Of a DNA stretch of 39,568 nt, positions 10,313 through 18,638 are shown one piece after another. The DNA comes from a virus. The notes beneath the pieces were generated by a model that saw only the letters and a program-made list of their open reading frames with translations, was not told where the DNA came from and searched no databases. The position numbers and the translations under genes were made by a program. Position 1 is the stretch's first letter. Every line of letters starts with the position of its first letter. The stretch is taken from positions 1 through 39,568 of IMG/VR virus record IMGVR_UViG_3300045988_025144. One strand, written 5' to 3'.

Positions 10313-10897
10313 TTAGCGCTGGATGTTATCGTAGTCGCCTGTTGTTTCGCCTGGGTTTTGGTAAGCGTAGATGTTGTTCAACACAGCCAATTCCTCAGCA
10401 GAAAGTGGGAATTTACCATCCTGAAGACGGCCAACGATACCAGCAGTGTATGAAAGCTCAACAAACTCTTCTACTCCATCGTTAAATTCGACATCATCAG
10501 TGATTTTAGCATAGCCAAACTTCGCAGGATAAGCATCCTTTTTATTTGGATCTTCTCCGATTTGAGTTTTGACACTCTCGTCAACAATGACGCGCCAAAT
10601 CTTGATTGACTCACCCTTAGCTTGTGCATCTAAGACGACGTTAATTGACGGATCCATTGGAGCAAAGTATTGAGTCAAATCAATTGAGTGCTCATCGCTT
10701 GATTTTTCAAGCAAGCGACCTTGTTGTGTCTGCTCATCCTGGTATTCACCCCCAAGAGTAGTTGTTCCGTCTGTACGGTAAGCAGGAAGCAATGCTCCCT
10801 CGCCTTTTTCAGCATGAATCGATTGGATGAAGTAAAATACTTTCTTACCAACGATTGGTTTCGCAGTTGTAATTTTCACTTGTCCTTTTTTATCCAT
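10313..10897 (-). CDS. Major tail protein
   Basis: A 194-aa ORF with a strong RBS (AAGGAGG), followed by a terminator, in the position expected for this gene. Confidence 0.75.
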   Translation of the reverse strand: MDKKGQVKITTAKPIVGKKVFYFIQSIHAEKGEGALLPAYRTDGTTTLGGEYQDEQTQQGRLLEKSSDEHSIDLTQYFAPMDPSINVVLDAQAKGESIKIWRVIVDESVKTQIGEDPNKKDAYPAKFGYAKITDDVEFNDGVEEFVELSYTAGIVGRLQDGKFPLSAEELAVLNNIYAYQNPGETTGDYDNIQR

Positions 10898-10916
10898 TTA
10901 GCTAGGACCTCCTTGT

Positions 10917-11282
10917 TTATAATATTGTTTCGGTCGTCTTGATAACGATATGATAGACCTCACGACCGATTGAGTTATCCATCAATATAGTTGAAGTAGT
11001 TCTTGTATTACGTCCTAGCAATCGAATAACTTGTGACTTTACATCTTCAGCATATGCTCGACTTTTATTACCAGATAAGTAAATATCAATCTGAACCGTG
11101 CTGTCTTCGATTATAAGACCTGTCTGCGCCGTTTTTGATGTATCAGATGTAATTCCTCCAATCACCAAAAAAGGCTCGGCTTCGGACGCGTCAGGTAGCT
11201 TAAAATGGATTGGAACATTCAAGAGTTCCAATTTATTTCTTAAGCTATTTAATAGTTCAGTTGTTGGAGAATTCATCGTCAC
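10917..11282 (-). CDS. Tail-completion / head-tail joining protein
   Basis: A 121-aa ORF in the connector gene block. It has a GTG start at 11282 or an ATG at 11276. Confidence 0.55.
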   Translation of the reverse strand: MTMNSPTTELLNSLRNKLELLNVPIHFKLPDASEAEPFLVIGGITSDTSKTAQTGLIIEDSTVQIDIYLSGNKSRAYAEDVKSQVIRLLGRNTRTTSTILMDNSIGREVYHIVIKTTETIL

Positions 11283-11627
11283 CTACTTCCTAAACATTTT
11301 GTTAAGGTTATTCATCAATTTTGGATATTCCTCTCTCATCGCTGGTTCCATGAAAGGTTGTTCGGCCATTTTTCGTGTCCCCAACTCGACATATATCGAA
11401 TAAAAAACAGGCGAAATAACTTGATAACCAAGCATTTTTTCTTGCATCGAGTATATGCTTTCACTCAGCCAACCAGTATCCCAAGGAGCATACAGTTTAG
11501 CCAAACGCTCGACACGTAGACTGGAACGATTCAATTCTCTATCGACAGCGATGGGGGCTTGTCGTCCTTTTCTATGCGTCTCGCGCAAAAATTTATCCAA
11601 TCCCTTCACACGATAAGTTAAGCTCAT
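11283..11627 (-). CDS. HK97 gp10-like tail component
   Basis: A 114-aa ORF in the conserved position. Its stop and start codons are coupled to the neighbouring genes. Confidence 0.55.
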   Translation of the reverse strand: MSLTYRVKGLDKFLRETHRKGRQAPIAVDRELNRSSLRVERLAKLYAPWDTGWLSESIYSMQEKMLGYQVISPVFYSIYVELGTRKMAEQPFMEPAMREEYPKLMNNLNKMFRK

Positions 11628-11902
11628 AGGTAAATCACCGTACTATTTTTGTGATGCTTCTTCCCTTGGATGCTTCGACGTCTACCTTTATAGATAACCT
11701 CTGAGAAACCAGCGTGAACTCCTTGAAGATGTAGCTTGAAGCTATCAAGGTTGTACTTCCCAAAAATCCCCATTTGTTCTGCATTCGTCAGAGAACCTTC
11801 CTGACATGGCAGAGGGCCAATTTCGTTTTGAACTTTGTCTCCAAAAAGTTCATCTTCAGGATCAGCTTCTTTGATTAAAATAACTCTTTGGTTATAAATC
11901 AT
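11624..11902 (-). CDS. Head closure / head-tail adaptor protein
   Basis: A 92-aa ORF in the conserved position, with a 4-nt overlap to the next gene. Confidence 0.55.
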   Translation of the reverse strand: MIYNQRVILIKEADPEDELFGDKVQNEIGPLPCQEGSLTNAEQMGIFGKYNLDSFKLHLQGVHAGFSEVIYKGRRRSIQGKKHHKNSTVIYL

Positions 11903-11913
11903 AGAATCACCTC

Positions 11914-12273
11914 CTAGATAAAACGAGCAATTCCTCGAGCTTTTCGCTTGCTAGCTAAAGAAATAAGAGTCTGTTTATCATCTTCAGATAGATAGCTATC
12001 TTCCCACGTAAACGCTCGTCCTTCTTCACTATCGGCCTTAGCACCCTCAGAATTAAGCTTGTTAAATCGTTTTACTGCTACATCGCGGACGATGTAGGCT
12101 GCGTTGTTTGGAATTTCCGTAATTGATGTTTCAGAGTAGCGATTGATAAAGGCAAGGATGCGCTCTATGCTCTCTTTGATGGTCAAATTCAGCAAGTCAT
12201 CCTGCGCAGTATCGCTTACCCCTTTTAATAATTTGATCTCTTTTAAAATCTCATTCGTATCAATCGCTGTCAT
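11914..12273 (-). CDS. Head-tail connector (gp6-like)
   Basis: A 119-aa ORF immediately after the major capsid gene. Confidence 0.6.
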   Translation of the reverse strand: MTAIDTNEILKEIKLLKGVSDTAQDDLLNLTIKESIERILAFINRYSETSITEIPNNAAYIVRDVAVKRFNKLNSEGAKADSEEGRAFTWEDSYLSEDDKQTLISLASKRKARGIARFI

Positions 12274-12276
12274 TGA

Positions 12277-13167
12277 TTATCCTCCAGGTACTGCTGCAGG
12301 AGCCACTTTTTCGATAGTAGTTTCTACGACACCTTGAGGGATTTCCGCAAACAGCACGTTAGCACCGAAGAATACAGATTCGTAAGTGAGGTTTTTCAAT
12401 GCACGGTCACGCGCAACAGCAATCAAACCAGTTTCATCTGTAAAATCCGCAAACAATCCGCCGAGGTCCCCAGAAGCTACATTCAAGTTAGCAAACACAA
12501 GGTTTTCAATTGCTGTCGTATAGATTTTACCTTCTGGTACACCGTTCATCACGATGACGTTTTGCATACCCAAGAAATTCTTGAGCAAAGTCATACCGAA
12601 GACGTTCGAAGCGTCAGCACCTACACCAGCGTTTCCAAGGTATTCAGCAGCATCGACTGGATTCACAAAAGTAACGATTGGAGATCCTTCAAATTCGTTG
12701 AAAGTTGCGATTTTTGCCCATGCTTGAGCAAGCGCACCTTGCAAGCCTTTCCCCTTGTTCTTTGTCGGGTCAGCTTTCAAGAATGTGAAGAATTGTTCTT
12801 TGATTCCATTTTGGATTTCACGCATCAAACGTGTATCAGCTTCCGTGATAGCGATGGATGCCCCATGACGCGCAATTGCTTCAGCAGAGACAGAACGACG
12901 TTTCTTGAACCACGCCACTTCGTGCGCTTGATCTTTAGTGCGAACCATTTGAGAAAGCGGAATGTCTTCCCCTTCGCCCGGATTTGTTGCGTCCACATCA
13001 GCAGTCCATTTGTAAGTTTGGATTTTCAGGTCGCTTGTCAATTCTTGTCGACGGCTAACACCCAAGAGAGTCAGCAGATCGTTGATATTTTTGGAAAACT
13101 TGTTGACAAAATCAATAGACTTGATTTCGCCCAAGTTAGCCATAGTAGTTAGTTTTTGTTCAGCCAT
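12277..13167 (-). CDS. Major capsid protein
   Basis: A 296-aa ORF directly after the scaffold gene. Its strong codon bias leaves the antisense frame open over almost the whole gene. Confidence 0.85.
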   Translation of the reverse strand: MAEQKLTTMANLGEIKSIDFVNKFSKNINDLLTLLGVSRRQELTSDLKIQTYKWTADVDATNPGEGEDIPLSQMVRTKDQAHEVAWFKKRRSVSAEAIARHGASIAITEADTRLMREIQNGIKEQFFTFLKADPTKNKGKGLQGALAQAWAKIATFNEFEGSPIVTFVNPVDAAEYLGNAGVGADASNVFGMTLLKNFLGMQNVIVMNGVPEGKIYTTAIENLVFANLNVASGDLGGLFADFTDETGLIAVARDRALKNLTYESVFFGANVLFAEIPQGVVETTIEKVAPAAVPGG

Positions 13168-13170
13168 ATT

Positions 13171-13767
13171 CTAGCCCTTTCTAAAAAGATTGATATTTTC
13201 AGCAATCATAGCCTGACGCTTGTCAGTATCTTCAATTGCCATAATTTGTTCTTTCGTGATTCCTGTTGTAGTACCACGACGTGGCGCGCTTTGAACCAGT
13301 CGTTCGTTTACGCGTTTTTCAACTTCGCTATCAAATACATTGCGCAAAGCCGTAATTTTAGCCTTAACTTCTTCAGCAGTCGGAGCAAGCACATGATCCA
13401 AAAATTCTTGTGGCAAACCTTCATCTACTAAGAGCGATTGTGTCGCTAGTTTCATCTCACGTTCAGCTATATCCTGCTCACGCTTCTCCAAATCAGCGAT
13501 TCGTTTCGCTTCTTCTTCTTTAGCGCGCTCGTCTTTTGTCAGCTTGGCTAGTCGTTCACCCTCGCTTTTAGCTTGTTCAAGAGCTGCTGCTTGTTCAGCT
13601 TCCCATTTTGAGCGTTCAGCAGCTAACATTTTCCCGATTTCTGAACGAGTAAAAGTACGTTCGTGCTTTTCGCTATCTGCATTTGATTCTGTTTCTACTT
13701 TCTCGCTCTGAGTGTCGACATTCTCAGTTGATTCAGTTGAGACAGTTCCGTTGATTTCTTCTGACAT
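13171..13767 (-). CDS. Scaffolding protein
   Basis: A 198-aa E/K/A-rich coiled-coil ORF directly upstream of the capsid gene. Confidence 0.8.
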   Translation of the reverse strand: MSEEINGTVSTESTENVDTQSEKVETESNADSEKHERTFTRSEIGKMLAAERSKWEAEQAAALEQAKSEGERLAKLTKDERAKEEEAKRIADLEKREQDIAEREMKLATQSLLVDEGLPQEFLDHVLAPTAEEVKAKITALRNVFDSEVEKRVNERLVQSAPRRGTTTGITKEQIMAIEDTDKRQAMIAENINLFRKG

Positions 13768-13863
13768 AATTGTCCTCCAGCGATTACGTCGCCACTCGAT
13801 AATCTCGTTTTACGTCCGGCGACGAAACAATACAGCTTTTAACGTCTTCAGCAAAGTTTGGAC

Positions 13864-13895
13864 AATAGAAAAACCGTACGGGATTCCATACGGTT
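13864..13895 (-). terminator. Intrinsic terminator closing the small accessory cassette
   Basis: On the minus strand, the 9-bp stem ACCGTATGG-AATC-CCGTACGGT is followed by TTTTTCT. Confidence 0.7.
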
Positions 13896-13900
13896 AATTT

Positions 13901-14113
13901 CTATAGTTTAATTTCTTCAATTTTTGCACGTTGTTCTAAAATTTTTAAATAATTCCACATGGCCGAACGCTGACCTTTTAACAAATCAATAGGACATTTC
14001 GGTTCAAACTCTAATTGTCCTTTTTCGTATTTGTCAATCATCATATCTAACTTTTGAAATCGTTCTCTCAATTCGTGGTATTCTTTTCTAAATCTCTCTT
14101 TCCAATCTTCCAT
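13901..14113 (-). CDS. Small helical protein of unknown function, paralogous to the N-terminal half of 21381-21824
   Basis: The start was chosen at MEDWKERF, which is preceded by GAAAGGAA. It shares ME..K.R...EY..L.ER....CP..LL..Q..AM..YLKILE.RAK with the 147-aa protein. Confidence 0.7.
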   Translation of the reverse strand: MEDWKERFRKEYHELRERFQKLDMMIDKYEKGQLEFEPKCPIDLLKGQRSAMWNYLKILEQRAKIEEIKL

Positions 14114-14163
14114 TTTTCGTTCCTTTCTTCGATTCAGTAATTTATAGCAGTCTATTCTGCAAG

Positions 14164-14301
14164 TCAAGATTCTGGATCACCTTCTTTCATTGATTTTCTG
14201 ATTCCATCAATCATCCCACTGATAATTGAATAACCTACAACTAATAAAACGAGCAGGACGATAGCGCCTGCTGTAACGAATACTAAATTCCAGATAAACA
14301 T
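14164..14301 (-). CDS. 45-aa single-pass hydrophobic peptide (MFIWNLVFVTAGAIVLLVLLVVGYSIISGMIDGIRKSMKEGDPES)
   Basis: A hand-translated ORF below the 60-aa cutoff of the ORF track. It has an ATG start preceded by the purine-rich AGAAAGAAG, one clear TM helix and a charged tail. Confidence 0.5.
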   Translation of the reverse strand: MFIWNLVFVTAGAIVLLVLLVVGYSIISGMIDGIRKSMKEGDPES

Positions 14302-14320
14302 TTTATCTTCTTTCTGGAAA

Positions 14321-14352
14321 ACAAAAAAGCGCCTAGATTACTATCTAAGCGC
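14321..14352 (-). terminator. Intrinsic terminator at the end of the structured leader
   Basis: On the minus strand, GCGCUUAGA-UAGUAA-UCUAGGCGC (9 bp including one G-U pair) is followed by UUUUUUGUUUU. Confidence 0.8.
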
Positions 14353-14445
14353 AAGATAGGCGGGACCGCCGAATGTCGCCCGCATTTCTCGACCCACTAG
14401 CTAAGTGGCGCGTTGGAGGCGGATACTTTTCAACCTCTATCTTTA
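14353..14445 (-). promoter_or_regulatory. GC-rich structured RNA leader (riboswitch- or attenuator-like, unclassified)
   Basis: A closing helix pairs AAGAUAG(A)G at 14443-14435 with CCUAUCUU at 14360-14353. Inside it are a CCACU/AGUGG hairpin and the competing GC helices CCGCC/GGCGG and GCGGG/CCCGC. Confidence 0.45.
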
Positions 14446-14450
14446 CCCTA

Positions 14451-14479
14451 AGTATATCACATATCATCTTTAGAGTAAA
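14451..14479 (-). promoter_or_regulatory. Sigma-70-type promoter embedded in the 3' end of the MuF gene
   Basis: TTTACT-17 nt-TATACT with a TG extension. The MuF TGA stop codon forms the TGA of the extended -10. Confidence 0.5.
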
Positions 14480-15860
14480 GTATCTTTTTCTCACGTTTCA
14501 ATTTATTTAATTTTTGTTTTTTAATTTTGTGATAGTGGATGATGTAGTTGCCATCATCCTTTTGTATAAGAGCCGCTTCCATTAGATATTTCAAGCGTTC
14601 TGGGACTTTTTTATAAAGCAATACCGAATTCTTATGATGGCCAGAATTATCTGCGACATAATCCGGATCAGCAACTAATTCTTGCAACAATAACATTTGT
14701 TCCAACGGGAATTCTGTACCATGTTTTTCTAAGATTTTTGCCAAATTCTTACCAGTCACTTGTACACGTTTTAGTAACTCTTCGGTCCCCTTCACACTTG
14801 GCAACTGTCCAATTGTATAGCTTTCTGCAAGACTTCGTTCAATACTCTTGTAAGGTTGGCTTCTTTTTGATATATCATCCCACAAATTAGCAAGATCATC
14901 TCTTAACTTCTCAAAGTCATGATCATGAGCCTTGGTAACACCGTTCAATTCTTCCTCGTCTGGCATCACACCAGACCTACAATTAAAATGAAAGGGCGGA
15001 GCATTTACTCCTGCCTGCATTTCGTCAATCAAATATCGCTTATTTTCCGCATGGATTCTTTTACAGATTTCAGTCGTTCGATTATCCAGGTGAACCAGTA
15101 TACGATAGTATTTCAGCCCTGCATCCTTGTAACGTTGGATAGCGGAACGATTGACAATCATCGTTCCGTCCGTCCGAATGAGTGTTTCAGCTCGGCTGTT
15201 GGCTACTTTATACTTCTGCGCCAAATCACGCGCCATTGTTCGCGGATGATCTCCTCGTACAAATCCAGCCTTCAGAATCTTTTTTAAATCTTTGACAAGA
15301 TTGTCTGTATTCCCCCACAATTGCTGACTGTAGTTATAGCCGTTAAACGGCGTTTTCACTAACTCTTTTAATGCCGGTTCGTTAATTGTACCCGTCCGAC
15401 CGCTCATAGCTTTTTTATAGCCCATAAAAGCCATTTTCTGCAAATAACTTTCAAACTTATCAGCAATAAGATCTCTTGCGACACCTGCACGAAAAAGCAT
15501 ATCCAGCTGCAATGACTCTAATCTTGTAGCGCGTGCAGTCGTGTACTGCTCGTTGAGCCTTTTAAGCAACTCTGGGTCTTTCTCGGCCTGCTCACGATAC
15601 TTCCTAGCGTTCTCCCGATAATCTGACAGGTCGATGCCTTTCAGTCGCTGTAGCGCTTCCTGATAGCTCATTGAGCCACTCTCAGAATACTTGTTAACAA
15701 AATCATAAAATGCTTTTTGCATTTCGTTAGCTTGTTCTTGATAGACCTTATTTAATTCGGCAAAAAAATCAATATCTTTTTGGTCTAGATAGCGAAAAAT
15801 TTCATCTGAGCGCCCTGACCAGTAATCAAGATGGTTTTGATTCGGTTTCTTGCTCATCAT
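14457..15860 (-). CDS. Head morphogenesis protein (SPP1 gp7 / Mu F family) with a 167-aa C-terminal extension
   Basis: The MuF hallmark LDNRTTEICKR...APPFHFNCRS is present, and the gene follows the portal gene. The start is probably the MMSKK ATG after GAGGTGG. Confidence 0.85.
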   Translation of the reverse strand: MMSKKPNQNHLDYWSGRSDEIFRYLDQKDIDFFAELNKVYQEQANEMQKAFYDFVNKYSESGSMSYQEALQRLKGIDLSDYRENARKYREQAEKDPELLKRLNEQYTTARATRLESLQLDMLFRAGVARDLIADKFESYLQKMAFMGYKKAMSGRTGTINEPALKELVKTPFNGYNYSQQLWGNTDNLVKDLKKILKAGFVRGDHPRTMARDLAQKYKVANSRAETLIRTDGTMIVNRSAIQRYKDAGLKYYRILVHLDNRTTEICKRIHAENKRYLIDEMQAGVNAPPFHFNCRSGVMPDEEELNGVTKAHDHDFEKLRDDLANLWDDISKRSQPYKSIERSLAESYTIGQLPSVKGTEELLKRVQVTGKNLAKILEKHGTEFPLEQMLLLQELVADPDYVADNSGHHKNSVLLYKKVPERLKYLMEAALIQKDDGNYIIHYHKIKKQKLNKLKREKKILYSKDDM

Positions 15861-17355
15861 TGACCACCTCATCTACTGGATCTAGCCGTGGTTCAGGCTG
15901 TTCTAGGACTTCTTGCTCTTTCAAACGTTCCAGCTCATCTGCAGCGTCTACTCCCGTAACTTGATTCAGCAATTCGAAAATCGTCTGATCGCTGACGATT
16001 CCATACAATGACTTAATCATCTCAACAATTTCTTTTTCGTTTTGCGGAACGTTTGGACTAAAGACTACTGAAGTTTCATTGATGAGTTCGTAGGCTGTAT
16101 TTTCATTACCTTGGATTGACCAGATGTTAACCGCTAAACGCAAACGACGCATAAGACCTGCTTCAAACAAGTCTTCTTGTTGTTCTCGATAATTATCACT
16201 GGCCATAAGCTTGTACTTCATCGATTCGCCAGATTGCGTGCCAGCGAAGTTGTTATCAAGCGTGTCTGGCGTAAATGTGAAGCGTAAGATATCATTTACA
16301 AGGCGCTTCTTGTATGCTTCTGCTCCGTCACTATCGTACTGCTTAATCAAATAGCTAGCATCCGGATTCGCTCCGCCCGGATTCGGGTTATCGTCCAAGA
16401 TGAGAACCTGCGCCTTTTTGTAAGCCTGCGACACATACAGCCGACCGTTTGGGTTGATTCGTCCGTCTTCCAAAAAGTCATTTTCCTCTGCTCCCGTGTA
16501 CGGATTCCCTTTGATCATCAAGATAGCATCGTTGCTATTTTGCTGAAAATTAGCAAGCTCAGATTGTGATAAATCATAAGCATCGATGTTGTCTAAAACC
16601 GACTCATAAGAACCTAAACGGTCCTCGTTGTTGCTGTACTCATTTACTGGTACGGCCTTAAAATAGTGCTCTTGCTCGTCCTTGAGCGCCATTTTATCGC
16701 TATCTGTAGATTTCCACTCGTAGCTATAGATATGATCTGCAGTATAGACTTTTATAATCGTCTTACGCTTGCTATCTCCATAGTCAATATCGTAGTAGTT
16801 CACGGCCATGAGCGAGTTTTGCTCGTATGTATCATCATAGATAACAAAAGTCTCTTCTGGTTTTAACTTGTACAACTTGACCCAAGCCTTGCCACCTCGA
16901 TTCGTTACAGTCAAAAGTTCATAAGCACGGCCATACACACACAAATCTTTTTTGATGGAAGAGTTGTGCTTCTTTTCGTTGTTTTTAGCAGAGAAGTCTT
17001 TGATATTGTCAAGTATTGTTTCGTCTTCGTTTTTATACTCGACCGGATTCCCCAGCATGTACCCCTGTTCAAAAATAGTAATATATTTAGCAAAGTCGCT
17101 AGAAATGCGATTGTCTGCCGCAGTTTCGTCTGTTTTAGCAGGTCGATACTTGATATTGTTATCGCCTTTATAGTACCGCTTTAACTCTTTCAAACGAGGT
17201 TGTTGTTCTGCTTTGTGACGATTCACGTAACGTTTTAGCTGTTCAATCCAATTATCAGAACCGTATTCGATGGCTTCGAAGTCTTCTGTCATCATCATGA
17301 AATGCTCGTTTGACTTGCTGTCAAAACGCGTGCCGTTTAAGAATTTAACTTCCAA
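15826..17355 (-). CDS. Portal protein (SPP1 gp6-like)
   Basis: A 509-aa ORF between the terL and MuF genes, with a TTG start 5 nt after GGAGG. Confidence 0.85.
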   Translation of the reverse strand: MEVKFLNGTRFDSKSNEHFMMMTEDFEAIEYGSDNWIEQLKRYVNRHKAEQQPRLKELKRYYKGDNNIKYRPAKTDETAADNRISSDFAKYITIFEQGYMLGNPVEYKNEDETILDNIKDFSAKNNEKKHNSSIKKDLCVYGRAYELLTVTNRGGKAWVKLYKLKPEETFVIYDDTYEQNSLMAVNYYDIDYGDSKRKTIIKVYTADHIYSYEWKSTDSDKMALKDEQEHYFKAVPVNEYSNNEDRLGSYESVLDNIDAYDLSQSELANFQQNSNDAILMIKGNPYTGAEENDFLEDGRINPNGRLYVSQAYKKAQVLILDDNPNPGGANPDASYLIKQYDSDGAEAYKKRLVNDILRFTFTPDTLDNNFAGTQSGESMKYKLMASDNYREQQEDLFEAGLMRRLRLAVNIWSIQGNENTAYELINETSVVFSPNVPQNEKEIVEMIKSLYGIVSDQTIFELLNQVTGVDAADELERLKEQEVLEQPEPRLDPVDEVVNDEQETESKPS

Positions 17356-17357
17356 TT

Positions 17358-18638
17358 TTACCTCCTAAAATAATAAGACGCATTCTTCATGCGGTCTTGT
17401 GTTGAACGGCTTTGTAAAATCCTATCTTGCAAAGCGTATCTAATCGCATCGATGCAGTGATTGTAGCTATCTACTGGGTCGTTGATATACTCATTTGTCT
17501 TCTTGTCCTTCTTCCAAGTGTAATTTTCCAGTTCTTCAATCAACTTCACACATCGTTCATCTACTATCCAATCGTATTGCAAGAGATACTGGATCCCTTG
17601 CATGACTGATCCAGGACCTTTCTGCACATCAATAACCCGAGGGATGCCAAGATTTCGCAATTCCTGATTCGATTTCTTTTCAGCACTGTCTGCTTTGATT
17701 TGCTCTTTAGCATACCCAAGGGCCTTGATACTTTCAGCAATTTTGTCATTGGTTAATCCCTTTCTTACAAACTCCTCAACAACGTATAGTCGCTTGTTAG
17801 CATCGTCTATTCTTACATGAAGCAAAGCTGACGGGTCGTTGATAAAACCGTAGTCAAGACCAAAATAAGCCGGCAGATGCGCCAGCTCGTCTTTATTAAG
17901 TAATCGTTTCTCGTATTTCGGAAAGACTAACTTGTCCAGAGTTGCGAACTCGCCCAGAGCGTAAATCTTGTAGTACGCTTCGTTTCTGTTGGCCAGTTCC
18001 TCGATATTTTCAATTGTTACCTGGTCTAAAAAACGATTATCCTTGTAGGACGTATGATAAACAATCGTATTTTTTGGTTTCTTAACAAAAAAAGCGTTGT
18101 AGGTCCAGTTGACTTTCGAAACTGGGTTAAACATCAAGAAGATCTGCTTCTGCTTGTGCTTCTTATCCCGTAAACGCAAAGTCAACTGTGTGTAGTCATC
18201 AAGCGTAAACTCAGAGGCCTCTTCCATAACCACATCAGACACACCCTTAATTGACTTGATTTTCTCAGGGTTATCCAGCCCTTTGAAAATAAACTGTGCT
18301 CCGTTTGGTAGCTCAATCCGATAAGCTGAATTGTTGACCTTACACTTATCGAGCAACTGCCAGCTATCCAAACATTGCTTCACATCCTCAAAGATTGAGT
18401 CGTGAACCGTAGCGCCTACCTTACGCAAGAATAAAACCTTACGTGGATGCTTCCAATCTTGACATGCTTTGAATACAACTTTTTGAATTACACCGTGACT
18501 CTTACCGCTTGAAGCCCCACCATAGTGAACTTCTGTAAAGTTTGAGTAATCTGTTAACTTGTCGTAGATATGCTTGTTAAATACTCGGCTAGGATATTGA
18601 ATGACAATATTGATTTTAGGTCTAGTCTTCGTCAACAT
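17358..18638 (-). CDS. terL: Terminase large subunit (PBSX / Terminase_3-like)
   Basis: It has the Walker A-like YGGASSGKS motif and overlaps the end of terS. The ATG at 18638 follows AGGTAGGTG, and a GTG at 18647 is an alternative start. Confidence 0.9.
   Translation of the reverse strand: MLTKTRPKINIVIQYPSRVFNKHIYDKLTDYSNFTEVHYGGASSGKSHGVIQKVVFKACQDWKHPRKVLFLRKVGATVHDSIFEDVKQCLDSWQLLDKCKVNNSAYRIELPNGAQFIFKGLDNPEKIKSIKGVSDVVMEEASEFTLDDYTQLTLRLRDKKHKQKQIFLMFNPVSKVNWTYNAFFVKKPKNTIVYHTSYKDNRFLDQVTIENIEELANRNEAYYKIYALGEFATLDKLVFPKYEKRLLNKDELAHLPAYFGLDYGFINDPSALLHVRIDDANKRLYVVEEFVRKGLTNDKIAESIKALGYAKEQIKADSAEKKSNQELRNLGIPRVIDVQKGPGSVMQGIQYLLQYDWIVDERCVKLIEELENYTWKKDKKTNEYINDPVDSYNHCIDAIRYALQDRILQSRSTQDRMKNASYYFRR

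Noticed and set aside
12334-13152. A 272-aa ORF on the + strand covering almost the entire major capsid gene in antisense.
   Set aside because: Its translation is Cys/Ser/Phe/Arg-rich and has no RBS. It is explained by the strong codon bias of the highly expressed capsid gene, where avoidance of TTA, CTA and TCA codons removes antisense stops. It is a classic shadow ORF.
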